Assembly (NCBI RefSeq): GCF_036321535.1 | Contig: NC_087436.1 | Span: forward strand, 41,356,001-41,420,000 | Direction: 5' to 3' | Source: Camelus dromedarius | Taxonomy: Eukaryota | DNA length: 64,000 bases | Shown: piece by piece, positions 10,740-24,400 of the stretch | Position numbering within the stretch: position 1 is the stretch's first letter | How the letters are laid out: the number at the start of each line of letters is the position of its first letter | The notes under the pieces: model-generated | Told to the model about the DNA's origin: nothing | Databases searched by the model: none | What the model saw: only the letters and a program-made list of their open reading frames with translations | Made by a program: the position numbers and the translations under genes

Positions 10740-13160
10740 GATACAGAGACCACATTTTGTTTTATCTTTTCTTAAGGTTATTTATTGTCCCAGCAGCATT
10801 TATTTTTTAATTTATTTTTGAAATGACTAACCATTTCCTGTGATTTTTCTTTGTATCTTTGTCAGAAAAACAATTGACGGGTATATATGGTATCTATTCC
10901 TGAACAGCCTATTTGATTCCATCTCTTTGTACTCACATCAAAATTACCCCCTCTTAATGAATGTAGTGTGATAGAAAGTTTTAAAGTCTGGTAGGATAAA
11001 TCCTCCAACTTGGATTCTTTTTCAAGATTATCTAGGCTATTCTCAAATATTTTATTTATATATAAACCTTAAAATAATTTTGTAAACTTTCGCAAAAATA
11101 AGGCTGTAAAACCTATTTGGGATTGTGTTGATTCAATATAACAATTTGGGGAGAATTGGTATTTTTAAGAACTTAGTTGCTAATCATGGACTTACGTTAT
11201 ACAACTGCTTTTAAGTCTTAAAATTTCTATCAGCAACATGATCTGAATGTATTCGAATGTACTTTAATAATTATTATATTTTGGTTCTTTTAAATGAAAT
11301 ATTTTAAATTACATTTTCAATTTTATGTTGCAGTATATTGAAATATAATTGATTTATATGTAGTGATTCTGTAGTTAGCAATTTCATTTAATTCACTTAT
11401 GATTACTAATAGTTCATTTTATAGATACTTTAAGATTTTACATATAATCATGACAATTGCATAAAATCTTTGTTTTTCAAATCTTTATTTGGTGTTGTTA
11501 TACTGATTAGGAATTACCTTATAATAATGAACCAAAAAATGAAGAAATGCCCTTATGTCTTTTATTCTCAAAAAAGAGAACAAGTTTGATAGTTAACCAT
11601 TAATTATAAGATACCAACAGGTTATTTGTAGATAATTTTGTATAAATTTGGAAAGATTTGCTTCTAGTTCTAGATTACTGGGTGTTTTATCGTAATGTGT
11701 ACTGAAATATACCAGATCTTTTTTCAGTAGCTTTTTGGATTGTTTTTTATTCCATTAGTGTAATATCATTTAGCAAATGACAAGACAAATTTGCGTTTTT
11801 AAAATACATTACACTTGACATGGTCTTTACTGATCTTTCCTTTTGTTACTACCACTATCTGAAAGAAGTGTGTTAAAACATCTAATTATGTTTTGGTTTA
11901 CCTATCTCTTACTATTATGTTCCCTTTTTAAAAAGCATGTTTGTATTTATAGTATTAGTATATTTCCTGTTGATTGGCCTTTTTTCTTCTTTATGAAATG
12001 CCTTTTTGTGTCTCTAATTCTTCTTGCATTTAAATGTCCTTTGTATGATTTTAGTATAGACATTTAAATATTCTTTTGGATAGGATTTTCAGCCTTTTAC
12101 TTTCTAAATAGCTGTGTCCTTATTTTTAAAGTATGTATACTATGAATTTGAATATATTGTGTTTTTATCTAGTATGACAAACTTTAGCTTTTAATAAAAG
12201 GATTAAGTCCTTTCATAATGAGTGTAAATTACTAGAACAGTTGGGTTAAATCTACCATTTTCTATTTTTTTCTTCTATTCTGTCCTACCTGTTTTTAGCT
12301 GTTGTATTCATTTCTTAACTTTTTCAGTATTGCATATTTTTTTCTAATTTTTGATGTACAAACTTGTATAAGTATTTTATTGGTTATTCTAGGTTACGTT
12401 CTTCATTTATTATAACAAACTTAACATAGTTTAATTCTACTTTTCCCATTCTCTCTTTTCCATTATTTTGTCATAAATTTTATTTCTATGTATTAAAAAA
12501 CCCACAAGATATTATAATTACTGCTATAAACCATCATTATACTTTTATATTTAATTACATGTTTGCCTATTTTAGCACATGTCATTTCTTCCTTCAGTTC
12601 TGTGCTTCCATCTGTAATTACTGAATTTAACCTGAAGAACTTTCTATATCTTCTCTTGTGATGGAAACCTGTTTGAAAAAAAAAAACGAATCTGCTGTTT
12701 CTTTTTGTTTCTTAATGTATTCATTCACTTTCACTTGAGAGCTATTTTGTAGGTACAGAATTCTACTTTGGTAAATGTGCAAGTGTTGTTGTTGCTGCTG
12801 ATATTGTTATTGTTATTTTCAGCATTTTAAAGACATCATTCCATTGTCTTTGCCTTCAGATTTTCTGTTAAGAAAACCAGTAGTCTTTCTGTTTCTGCTT
12901 TGATGATTGTGTCCGTTAACTTTGGCAAGTTTCAAGGTTTCCTTCTCCAATTTGATTTTCAGCTTCTAACTATGATGTAACTAGATGTGATTCAGTTTGC
13001 ATTTATCCTATTTGATGTTTACCAAACTTCTTGAGTCTGTTGGTCATGATATTCATCATTTTTGGAACATTCTCAGTCATTAACTCTGCAAATATTGTTT
13101 TGTGTCTCATTCTCTTTATCATCTCCTTCTGAGATGCCAAAACACATATTTTAGACCATT
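10740..13160 (-). mobile_element. Old L1 fragments, antisense
   Basis: T-rich strand with antisense L1 motifs (ttgtcccagcagcattt, tcctccaacttgg...ttcaagatt, aatttggggagaattgg, cattccattgtctt, tcttgagtctgt, ttagaccattt). Confidence 0.8.
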
Positions 13161-14609
13161 TAAGTGTATGTATTATATGCGTATCAATGTGATATTGGCA
13201 TAATTGAAAATAAAACTTTTAATGAACAGGTGTCTACTGGGGGACTGGGTGAAATGGAGAAATGTTTAGACAAAATGTGTACAGAACATTCCAGAGGTCA
13301 CAGTAAAGCTGCTTTTATGAAACTGAGCAGCAGAAGAGTGTCTAGGATAAACACTGGTCAAGGAGGAACAGGAATTATAAAAACAGGGAAGCAAAGGAAA
13401 TGTTATATTCATGTAAATTTTTAAAAATCTAGATAGCCTGACATGTGAGGAAATGAAAATGACAGCAAATAGCAACTTTTATTACGTAATATTAAGTTAT
13501 AAAAGTTAAAAAAAAATAGGGGATCAGAGTAAATGTTTATGATGAGGGAATACAGTCAAAGCATTCCAGCTAAGTAATGTGTGACCACGTTCCAGATGCA
13601 ATCAGTATGCTCTCAGGCATCTCCCACTGGGACAGAGCAAGTTCTTAGGATTTTTCAGAGCACCACAAAATGTGGCAGCAAAAAAAAAGGACATTCATAT
13701 TGTGAAAAGTATGGGAAGAAAATAACTGCAGATTACGATAACTCAAGTTTCCTTTTAAAAGTCTCTTTAACCCAGTGCTAATGAAAGTAAGAGAAAGTAT
13801 AGGTAATTAGAAAAATTGAAGTAAGGGATATTTACCCTTCCACACTTCCATACTTTTAATGTGAATACTCTTTCACACCTAAATTTTTAAACGAAAATTA
13901 TCTTTGTAACCTAGAAATGATTTTGTTTCCTTTTCATATATATATTCAACTAAATGGTCCAGCTGCATACTTTAAGAAACTGCTTTAAGGAATATGTGAA
14001 AATATATGTTGTGATTCTGAAGCCTTTGAACAAAAGTTGATATTTTAAGTCAATTCATACATTATCTCAAGATCAATTATCTAATTGTCATTTAAATGCA
14101 CTTTTTCATGTAAGTTTATTTTTCTGTTACTGTCAAAGACATTCACCAAACTCTTAGTCATTTTGAGAAATTACGCTGACATAAATTTTATCTAGTTCAT
14201 ATAGTGTTGTATGAGGCATACAGGAGGCTATAAACAGAGGAGTGTTCCTTACTCTGACTTATCAGTAATTGTTGCTTGTCAGCACTAGCATCTGCAGCAT
14301 GTACTGATTGAACATATTTTTTTCCAGAGAAAAGTGAAATAACAAATCCCACAATATCAGCAATGTCTAATTAGAATATTGCTATTTTAAAATTAAGATT
14401 TACCCTCAATACAAATATCTTATATAATTTCAGTACGCTATAGCATGTTGTGACTATCTTGCTATTGAAAACACATGTCATTTCTCTAATCTTATTTAAG
14501 TGAATTAATATTGCCTATAAAATTATGTACTATTTCCCTAAGTTGGCATTCAGATTCATCACCCCCTGTACTGTTTCCTTATACAATGTATCCTAGTGTC
14601 AAACAAATC

Positions 14610-14750
14610 TTAACTGGGACTGAAATTCAGTGTTGCAGTTTAATATCTGTGTAGACTTGTGCATGAGCTTTAATTTCTCTATTTGCTCAAATTTAAAATA
14701 AGGATAATATTGGTCTCTATCAGGATTGGAAGCTTTGTAAAAATATCCAT
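14610..14750 (+). mobile_element. MIR fragment
   Basis: Degenerate MIR core tgtgtagacttgtgcatgagctttaatttctct...tttaaaataaggataata. Confidence 0.45.
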
Positions 14751-14974
14751 CTTTATATATTAAAGAAACCTTTTCTTTGCACATAGAAATCTGTATTTTT
14801 TTGGCTAAATTGCCTTTTCTTGTGCTAGTTTGTGTGCCTATAATAACTTTTACCTTTAGTACTTCTACTCATTTTTCTAAGTCAAATACCAGCAACCACC
14901 CGAAAAGCTCCCAAATTTTGTATTCCCAGGAGGACTCTTACTCTTTTATTACTCCCTGCTGATATCATAAATCA

Positions 14975-15095
14975 ATATACAGCTTCCAGTTAACTTGGGC
15001 CAGTCCCAGATTATGCGTGTTGTACCAGTGTAGTTATCAGTAGCATTTCCTTTTACTCACAAAAGTGTCCAAGTAAGATGAGCAATGATATGTTC
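14975..15095 (-). mobile_element. hAT-Blackjack MITE, MER81-like
   Basis: gggccagtcccagattatgcgtgttgtacc...ccttttactcacaaaagtgtcc resembles the reverse complement of the recalled MER81 consensus. Confidence 0.6.
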
Positions 15096-15469
15096 TTTCA
15101 TTTTGTATGAATCCAGTGCTACCTGCTGTGTTCTGCTTTGGTTAAGAGTTACTGTACACTCATTTTGACTTACCTAATTAAATTGATATCTGAAGCTAAG
15201 TCTTCCCATTTGGTATGGTTTATCTCCTTAAGTCTCTACATACTGCCTTGGACACAGGTGTGGCAGATAGATATTTACTGAACTGTGTTTTGATTTTGAT
15301 ATCATGATTGGCAGTATTTGGCATTATTCAAAATATTTAAAATATTTTTGTGAATACTTTCATAATTATGAGGTTGGAATCTCCATACAGCCCTCTTCTT
15401 GTACTTAAACTGTTTAAACAATTTATATGAATAAGTGCAATAATGATAAAAATGAGTTAACTGAGATAA

Positions 15470-15790
15470 TAATATATAATAGTAATTATAAATATTTATT
15501 ATCTTCCCATGTTTTAGGAACTCTACTAGATTCAGCAGAAACAGAGGTAAATTTTAAAAAGTAAATTAAACATCAGCTTCCTTAATCTTAGAGTATAGTG
15601 ATATAGATTGGTAATTAATAAATTAAATATCCCCCCAGAAAGGTGGTAAATTTAAATAAATATAAATAATAGTAACTGTAAGTGATTTAGTTAAATTTAC
15701 ATAATTGCTGCACTGGAATGGAATGTCAGATAGTGAAACTTGAGAAGGTTTCCCTAAATCAAGGATTATTTGCTAAAATCTGAAGGAACA
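15470..15790 (-). mobile_element. L2 3' fragment, antisense
   Basis: aaatatttattatcttcccatgttttaggaactctactaga...cttccttaatcttagagtatagtg pattern. Confidence 0.5.
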
Positions 15791-16399
15791 GATTTCTATT
15801 TCCGTTAACATGATGATTTATATCCATTGGAAAATCCTCCCGGTGGGAGGAAAAACTTGTTAATGTAGAAATAGGTATATTTGCAAATGTATTGCTTTTT
15901 GGCAAGATAATAAGAAATAATTAGAAGCAAAAAATGAAGAATACAGTAATAAAGGGGTTTAGTATGTTAGAATCAACTAACTGCTTAACAAACCTGAAAT
16001 CTCAAAGACTGAAAACGTTCGAAGTTCGGTTTTTTGTGTAAACAGCTCAATGCAAGTGTTTGGTAATAAATTCCATGTAGTAGTTCTAGAAGTTATGCTC
16101 CTTACACATGGACACTCACTGAGGATTTGGAGTTCATTGCTTACATTTTCAGTTTATAATCAGTTACCTTTTGCAACTCTGCTGGCACACAATTTCTGCA
16201 CTCTATTCCATTTTATTTTGGCTTGTAGAAAACCAAATCCTTCTGACCTCAACAATTTTTTAAAAATCTAATATGTTGTTAAATGCAGCTATATTTGCCA
16301 CTAATATCCTTCCAAGATACTATTTTTAAGTTCTTCTAGAGTTTTAACTTGGTAGCCACTTAATTTACATTCCAGTTAAAGCCCAGAGAGCATTGTTTA

Positions 16400-16817
16400 G
16401 CATAGTATGCTGCAGATTATGCTGTAGAACCAAACAACCTTATACCACAATGGAATGAAACAAAAGAAAGCTTATATTATACTAATAGTACATGCCAAAT
16501 GATTATGAGTTCTGCTTTGCAACGTCTTTACTCAGGAATCAAAGCTGATAACACAGCTACTACCAGAAAGATTGCTAGTCATTGCGGCAAACAAAACAAA
16601 ACAAAACAAAACAAAACAAAACAAAACAACTCTGAAGGATCTAACACAATCGAATTAATGCTCTAACCCCAATGTTTTATGTCACTTTTACTTGTAGCTC
16701 ATTGGATGGGATTAGTTCAGAACCTCCTCAGACTACAAGGGACCAGAATGTGCAAAATATGTTTGTAGATAAGAAGTTAGACAGAAATATTGGGGAACAC
16801 CAATAATGACTACCACA
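16400..16817 (-). mobile_element. MaLR LTR, MLT1L/K-like, containing a (CAAAA)n repeat at ~16588-16630
   Basis: gattatgctgtag...actcaggaatcaaagctga...gctcattgg...aaatattggggaacaccaataatgactaccaca. Confidence 0.7.
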
Positions 16818-16984
16818 GTAGATCTCTGTTTGTTCTAATTTTATGGCCTATGTGTTCTGTGAAGCCTTGACCAATGTGTTCTATGAATCTTAGCAGCTGT
16901 CACCTAACATTAAGGAATTGCCACATGTGTCATTATAACACTGCAAATGACCAATTTATGAATTAGATAAAGTGATGTTGGTAC

Positions 16985-17381
16985 TCTAAGAGTTAAACAT
17001 AAAACATCAGTGACTTAAGGAAGTTTACTTATTGTTTATGAAAAGTTAAATCAGTGATATCTGCTTTAGGTGATGATTCAGAGATTCAGTTTCCTAGCAT
17101 CTTGTGCTTTTGCCATTGTCAGCACATGGACACTGGCCTAGGAGACAGAAGAAAATAATTAGATAACTGCGTGGGAGATTTTTAAAATCTAGATCTGGGA
17201 GTTTCATGTAACTTCTCTACATATTTTGTTGTACAGAATTTAGTCGCAGAGCCAAACCTAAATAATTTTACATGGACAAAAATAATGTGGATCCTCACTG
17301 ATCGATAATATCCCAGTAACAATTTTTTGTTGTATAAGGAGAACAAAAATATTTGGTGCAGTATTGTCTATCTGTGTCATA
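16985..17381 (-). mobile_element. Ancient ERVL/MaLR LTR (LTR33-like)
   Basis: cagtgacttaag...gatgattcagagattcagtttcc...cagaatttagtcgcagagccaaacctaa...tatttggtg...ctgtgtcata. Confidence 0.5.
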
Positions 17382-17399
17382 GCCAGCTTCCACCCTCAG

Positions 17400-19040
17400 G
17401 ATATCAGCTAAATAAACCCTAGTTAATTTAGACATGTCTTTTGAAATCTTTGCTGGAAAATAGTCCAGAAAATAATATCAGCCTATATTAGGGAATCTAA
17501 CAGGGGAAATTTTTATAAAAGTACGATCACAAAGAGAGACATCTTTATTGTAAAACTGAAGGAAAAATAAACCCACTATGAAAAGTATATAATAAAGGAA
17601 TCTTTCCTGTCCTGATTCTTATATTAAACAGAAGTAAAAAAAATCTGTATTTAATTTGTGGACAACTTTTTTATAATAGCATGGCTCAAATTAAATTTTC
17701 TTTTGCTAACTATTTAACAATAAAATTCATGTGGACATTTTTCTTTAAAGTTGTTTGAGCTGTTAGTACACTTAACTAACTGGAAGAAGTGTTTTCAGAT
17801 TCTCTCTGTAAAACCACATACTCAAACCAGATCTCAAAGAGTGTAGATTAATTTCCCAAGCATTTGAACTTGTGTCAAAACACATACTGCACATTCAAAG
17901 GAGAACAATGAGTGAGAGAGAGCAGATCACGACAAAACAAAACAAATTCTTTGCTTTTGGAATTTTACAAAGAATACAAGAGACATGAAATTTATATGAA
18001 TCAAAACCAAATGAAAAACTTATGCGATAAACTAAAAAGAAGCATTACAAAACAAGTCCAAGAGATTTTAAAAATAAATAATTCTAGATGTAAAGAGTAT
18101 AATACATGCTATTAAAACAAAACAGACTCTTTAAAAGGCACACCTAGTAAACCGAAGAAACAATCATGAACTTAATTGAACTTGAAAAAGATGTAAAGAC
18201 ATTAAAAATATAGTCCAGATATATAATTAGAAAAATATGATGAAATTGAGATACATGAAAGATAATGTGAGAAAGTGCATAAACATAATAATGTTATTCT
18301 AGTAGGAGATAATAGATGACAAAAGGATGATTTTTAAAAGGATATTAGTTAAACTTTTTCACAATAGCCAAGAGATGTACAAAATGAAATAAAAAATTGA
18401 TAATGAAATTTAAAGAAAAACACCAAAACAAAGTGGCTAAAAGAGTAGCCAGAGAAAAATGTTCACCTACAAACTTAAAAGTGCTAAAAGAGACAGCTCT
18501 TTTCAATAACACCTAGAGGAATCAGATGCACACACATATATACACACATTTGACAGTAAATATGTCCTATGTACTATCAGTTTAAAAGTTTAGATCAAGA
18601 GAAGCTAGTTTTTAAAGAGCAAGGGCAAAGTGAACAAATTTTATTGGTTCACAAAAAATGAGAGGATTTATCAATAATACACTTTCATTGCATAAGGAGA
18701 AAAAGTATTTCAGAAGAGATGCTTTATGATATGCAATATGAAAATTGATAAGTAAGAGGGTAAAACTATATAAAAATTGACTCTTTAAAAGCAATAATTA
18801 TGCCTAATTTGTATATTTAAAAACATAATTTAAATAACGTATGACAGTAATTTTGAGTGACAGGTGATCAGATTTAAATATTCTACAAACTTTGTTTTAT
18901 TTAACAGAGTATAAGAATATTGATAACATTACACTTGGTAAAATGCTATTTTAAAGTATATACCATTAAAATGATAGAGAAACAGCACATAATTTTCATA
19001 GTAGTACAGGGAATAAATTGAATGAGGTAAATATTAAAAA
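17400..19040 (+). mobile_element. Very old L1/HAL1-type fragment (5' region and ORF1)
   Basis: A-rich with degenerate ORF1-type motifs (gagatacatgaaagataatgtgagaaagtgcataaacata, aaagagtagccagagaaaaa). Confidence 0.55.
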
Positions 19041-19182
19041 AGAAAAGAAATAGTTCACTAGATGTGACACTAGAAAGAGCTAGAATGAGAAGAGTCAGTG
19101 GCCTCAGAACAGTTTCTATAAGTCACGGTGGAGGAAATGTTATCTTCTATAAATAACATTCTTTCAGACATGACTGTTCAGA

Positions 19183-19688
19183 ATGATGGTTTATTTTCTG
19201 TGCCCACTTCTCTGGGCTAAGGAATAAACAGAAAACTGGTAAAACATTATTTCTGGGTGTGTCTATGATGGTGTCTCTGGGAAAGATTAGCTTTTGAATC
19301 AGTAGACTGAGTGTATCAGATCTCCCTCCCAATGCAAATGGCTTCATTTAATCCAGTTGAGAGACTAAATAGAACAAAAAGGCAAAGGAATAGTGAATTT
19401 ACTCTCTCTCTGCTTGAGCTGATACAGCCATCTTCTGCCCTCAGACAGTGGTGCTCCTGGTTCTGTTGATTTTGGACTGAAACTGGAACTTCAATCATCA
19501 TCCCCTAATTCTCAGGCCTTTGGACTCTGAATTACACTACTGGTTTTCCTGGTTCCCTAGCTTACACGGGGCAGATCTTGGGATCTCTAGGTCTCCCTAA
19601 CCCTGTGATACGATTCCTGTAATTACGTACATAATGCATATATACAGATGTCCTTCTGGCTCTCTTTCTCCAGAGAACCTCGATGTAT
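19183..19688 (+). mobile_element. ERVL LTR, MLT2B/D-like
   Basis: tgatggtttattttctgtgcccactt...aaacattatttctgggtgtgtct...gattagcttttgaatcagtagactgagt...ctctttctccagagaacct. Confidence 0.9.
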
Positions 19689-19699
19689 AAAAATAGTTC

Positions 19700-20560
19700 A
19701 GCTTAATTCCAAACACAACCCATGGATATGTGCACCAAAAGATGTGTACTAGAATGCTAGTTATATTATTATTTCTGATAATATCAAAACAATCCAAATA
19801 CCCATCCACAATCTACAAAATAAATAAACTTGTTTCATAAAACACACATGAATCTTGTCTTGAGTAAAATATGCCTGAGACAAAATAAGGCAACATACAG
19901 TATGTGATTTACATATATTTCCAACATGGAGAAAAGTAATCTCTCATAGTAACAATCAGGATGGTTATTTTTTAGGGGAGAGGCAAATGGTGTCTGGGAG
20001 AAAGTAAGAGAAGTTTTTTGGGGTTTCACTTGATGTTCTGTCAAGTGACAAAAATAAAACAATTGTGTAAGGGGTTTGACATCTTTTATTCAAAAGAAAA
20101 CAACCCATGGAATGAGGGAATACAGAGCCTCCCAAGCAGTGGAGTGCTCTTCCTGAGAGATGTTTGGGCATAAGCAAGTTTTGTAGAGTGTTAGAAGCAG
20201 CAACACAGAGACATGGCATGATTGGCTGGGGTTGCATATATGACTTTTTAAGGAAGTTCAAGGAGCAAGGAAATAAGTACAGAACCTAGAGTTCGCGTGC
20301 TGTTTGTGGATGGAATGACTGGTTATATTGTGTTTCTGGTTAAGAGGAGCATTTACAGTAACAGGAAAGCTCACTTTGCTAAAGTGGCACCCCAGGCAAG
20401 AGTGACTCGATCTTGGACCTAGAAGTGGATTTCTATGATTCTGTTTCTCGAGAACATTGTTTGTTTATGTGTAATTACCTTATAAAAAATCATCTAGATA
20501 TAGACATGATTTATTCCTTTTTTATGAATGTATAGTATACATCAACACATAAGTTTATTT
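19700..20560 (+). mobile_element. L1ME/MC 3' end, interrupted by an LTR at ~20064-20484
   Basis: tatgtgcaccaaaagatgtgtactagaatg, aaacaatccaaatacccatccaca, atacagtatgtgatt, atcaggatggttatt. Confidence 0.7.
20064..20484 (-). mobile_element. ERV solo LTR (unassigned)
   Basis: TG start, ttttatt (minus-strand AATAAA) near 20085, atgattggct (minus-strand CCAAT); interrupts the L1 3' end, which resumes afterwards. Confidence 0.55.
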
Positions 20561-20589
20561 AAAGCATTAGTGTTGATCATGGTATCATA

Positions 20590-21460
20590 ATGTCAGAAGG
20601 TGCTGGGGACAAGTAGAGGTCAAATCACACAGCATTTCATAAGGCAAATATTAAAGATTTTTGTTTATGACTAAGAAAATTGAAGAGCCATCTACATGTT
20701 TTAGTAAAGGGCTTGGTCTCATCATCACACTTGCACTTCAGAATTCTGAATGCAGAAATGGAGATAAAACAGAAGAGGGAAAAGTGGATTTGGGAAATAC
20801 TAATGTTCTAGAAAACACATGGTAGTAATTTGTAATCTGGGCTACTTTGTATGTGTGATTGGAGAGGGGAAGTGAAGGGAGCAGAGAAAATATTATTAAG
20901 AGAAATGGGTAGATTTAATAAATATAATTTAGTTCATACCAATAGAATTTGATGCTGGGCTTGATTTTGGCAGGGCTAGAGAAGGAGAGAAAGTCTCAAA
21001 TAACATCTCCTAAATTTCTGTCTTGTGTAAAAGAGTAGTTGGAAATGTCTTTTATTAGTAGGTAACAGTGCAAGATGTTTACATAGGGAAATGTAAACTT
21101 TTTTTGGTTATGCTTTACAATGTTGATTGTGAAATGTTTTTAAGACGTTCAAATAGAGATGCCAGACAGATATTTTCCATCATGAGGCCTGAGGAGAGAT
21201 GAGAACTGATGATATACATTTATAAGTTTTCTGTCTGTAAGTCAATTTTGAAACTAAGAATATGGGTAAGATCATCTAGAGAGAGAACATAGGTTGTGAC
21301 CATCTCCTAGGTCTTAACCTGGAGGGACCCAATTTACAATAGCATTGCAGTTGAAAACAAGTCTGCAAAGAAGGCTGTGAATGGGGGCTTAATGAGGTAG
21401 AAAGAAAATCATGAAAATTTTGTGAAAGAGAAGACAGAGCAAATGGGACTTTCAAGAATC
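20590..21460 (-). mobile_element. L2 fragment, antisense
   Basis: Purine-rich antisense L2 pattern (gagccatctacatgttttag, taaatttctgtcttgtgtaa, gtgaaatgtttttaagacgttcaaatagagatg). Confidence 0.7.
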
Positions 21461-24400
21461 AACACTCTGGGTTAGAATGAGTGTTGATTTTTAGTGACAG
21501 AGGGGCTGCGGTTTAATTCACCAGGACTCTTTTGGTCATTGAGTCAGAAACCAGTGTAGTCAATTATAAGTCATGTAGATAACAAATTCAAAGCAATAAA
21601 AATAGGCACATATTCTGAGAACACTGATTATGAGGGAAGGCTTACTTCCGACTGGGAGCAGGAGGAAGAAGTGGGATTCAGAGAGTTTTGTTGCCATTGC
21701 TGTTGCTGCTGTTGTTGCTACAGCTTGTTGGAATGACGAGATTTGAGAACGCTTTTTAAAGTGAGAAGAATGCAATTGTGTGAATTTGATTACATATTGA
21801 AGAGAAAGAATAGATAATAAGCAGTGGGAAAGAAAGATAGCCAAAAAGAGATCCAAAGCACAGATTGAGGCATTCTCCTTTCAGAGAGGAAGAGGTGATC
21901 ATCTGCTATAGCAGGTGGTTGGATTCCAAATCAGTAGGTTTTGCAACTGAAAAAAAAAAACCAAAAACAAAAAAACTGCTTTCCAAATATGTGGTTTTGG
22001 AACAAATTTTAAGTATACCATTTTTAATACAAAGTGTTTGTCCAAGTTTGTATTTTTAAGAAGAAAGTGTGTATATTCAGATACATAATTTATACAATAT
22101 GTATGTATATTGCTCAAGTTGTGTTAAATGAATAAATTATTTAAAAAGTTTTTGCTGTACTCAGTGCAAATCACATCACATACATATATATATTCACATA
22201 TTTGTTAGTCGTATTATATACTCTTAATAGTGCTTCATTTAAAAGTGTTATTGATTTTAGTGTTTACATACAATTTAGTCATTTCAGATTTTAGGGTGAA
22301 ATTCTGAGTAATGAAAGAATTATAATCTCTAGGCTTTTTGTTATTTTATTGAAAACAAAATTAAATATTTTACTTTTTATTGTTTTTGTAAGATGAAGTA
22401 TATTCTTTAGACTAAAAAAGTATGGGGATTAAATTTTATATTAACAAGTATTAATTACATAGAAATAAATGTAATTGAAAGAGTATCTCTATTTGGATCT
22501 CCATAACCCAGCCTCTTTCTAATCTTCATTCAGTTGGTTTCATGTTGTAAATATAACAAAATATACTTTAATTGCCTGAGTTCTCTATTGGGAAGACATG
22601 ACACCAAGCAGAAAGTTATGCAGTGTTTACCTCTGCAACATCAAGTTGTTAAAAATACATTCTGATTCTGAGATACATTTCCTGTCTCTGTTACATTCAG
22701 ATAATTTAATATTCCAACAATTAGGATTCATCTTAAGGTCAACATTACTAGAAATTTTACAGCTACCAATTAGAGAACAAAAATGATTATTTTAGCCTAA
22801 TTCTGCTTAATAAATGGTGAGTTTTCAAAATCTAGGACAGACAGATGTGACCTTTTCATGTTCCAAATAATGATCAGAAACTTTTAAATATGTAATAAAA
22901 TACAGACATGCAGGGGAAAGAAGAGGACACTACAAGTTTAACCAAATTTAAAGAGTAATACACGTGAATCTGATACTCTTTATTTATGCATTACAATTTC
23001 ACAGTGTACAAATTCAAGATTGTAAGTACAGGCTTTAGAAGGAAACGTGCTACTATGATTTTATGATGTGAAACTGCTTATGCGCCAGTGTGATACAAAA
23101 CAATTACTTCTTCAGTTTGGAATTTTTTTTTTATTGCAATGCTGAAAATGTAAGTTGTCAAATGCCATCATCAATTAATTTTAACACCTCTAAAACTCGT
23201 ATTAAATACACATGATTTCTTTTAACAGACAGGATCTCGAATGTGATATTTAGTATTTGATTTGCTCTTTTTGAAATATATGAAAATTATCACTTTCAAG
23301 AAATTAATAGATTAACCAAGAGAAGTAAAACAATTTTATAAGATCTTTTATGTGTAAATTTAACATCTATAAAAATGGTGAATAAAAATTTTAAACTTAT
23401 CTCCACCTATGATTGGCTTCTTAAGTTTAGTTTGCTAAATAGATATTATCACTTACAATTGTGTCATAATGTAAAAAATAATTTAGAAAAAGTTTGCTTT
23501 CAGCTACAAATGGGGGCATTTTTTAGATGTAAACAGACCAAAACAGTTGTTTTATATTGACTCAATAACTGAAAAGCTCATATACTGATGTTGATCTAGA
23601 TATGACAGTATCAAAAAAAGACAGACTCTCTTCTGTAACCTGTTGTCTTGTGGTGTATGTTCTCTATTCTAAGGTTGTCTTTCCTTATGGAAAAATGACT
23701 GGCAGCAGCCTCTGATGCTATGCCTTGCCATGTATCTTCTATGGAATATGAATAAATATTCTTTCTCAGGAGCCACAGTTTCTCCTCATGTCTAATTTAG
23801 TGAAATAGGATTATTGCCCACTCTTTAGCCAGTCACTCTGGATAAATGATGAAAGGCACCAACCAGATTAAGAAAATAAAGTTTTCCAAGGAAATTCAGA
23901 AGAAGGTGGTGCCAATTTATTAAAAAACACCTGGGATATTTCAAGAAAATGTGGACATCCAAACTAAAGTTGTGGAACTTACTAATAGAATTGAAGAATG
24001 TACCTGAGCCAAAACTGGCAAGTGTGGCATATTTACGCACATATATAATTAAATTTTAATGTTTATCTATATTGCAGAAAAAACAGAAAATATGAATTAA
24101 ACTGAAGACCAGTTTTTCTATTTTCCAACTTTCAAAGTGATCTTAATTAAGGTTATGGTTTACCTACAGACTCATACACGGACTCCTTATTGACAGTAAC
24201 CAAGTGATAAAAAGACAATGAAAATAAATTGTGTTAAAAAACTGTTTCAAGTATTGGAAAATATAGCTGAACCCTGCTCAACACATACCATTTTAATCAA
24301 TATTGCATCAAAAGTAAAATTTCAGGCTCTTTAAATGAGGTAAGGTTAATGTTTATGGAATTAAATATAGTGTGAAATTTTAATTTAGAAATAAATTTTA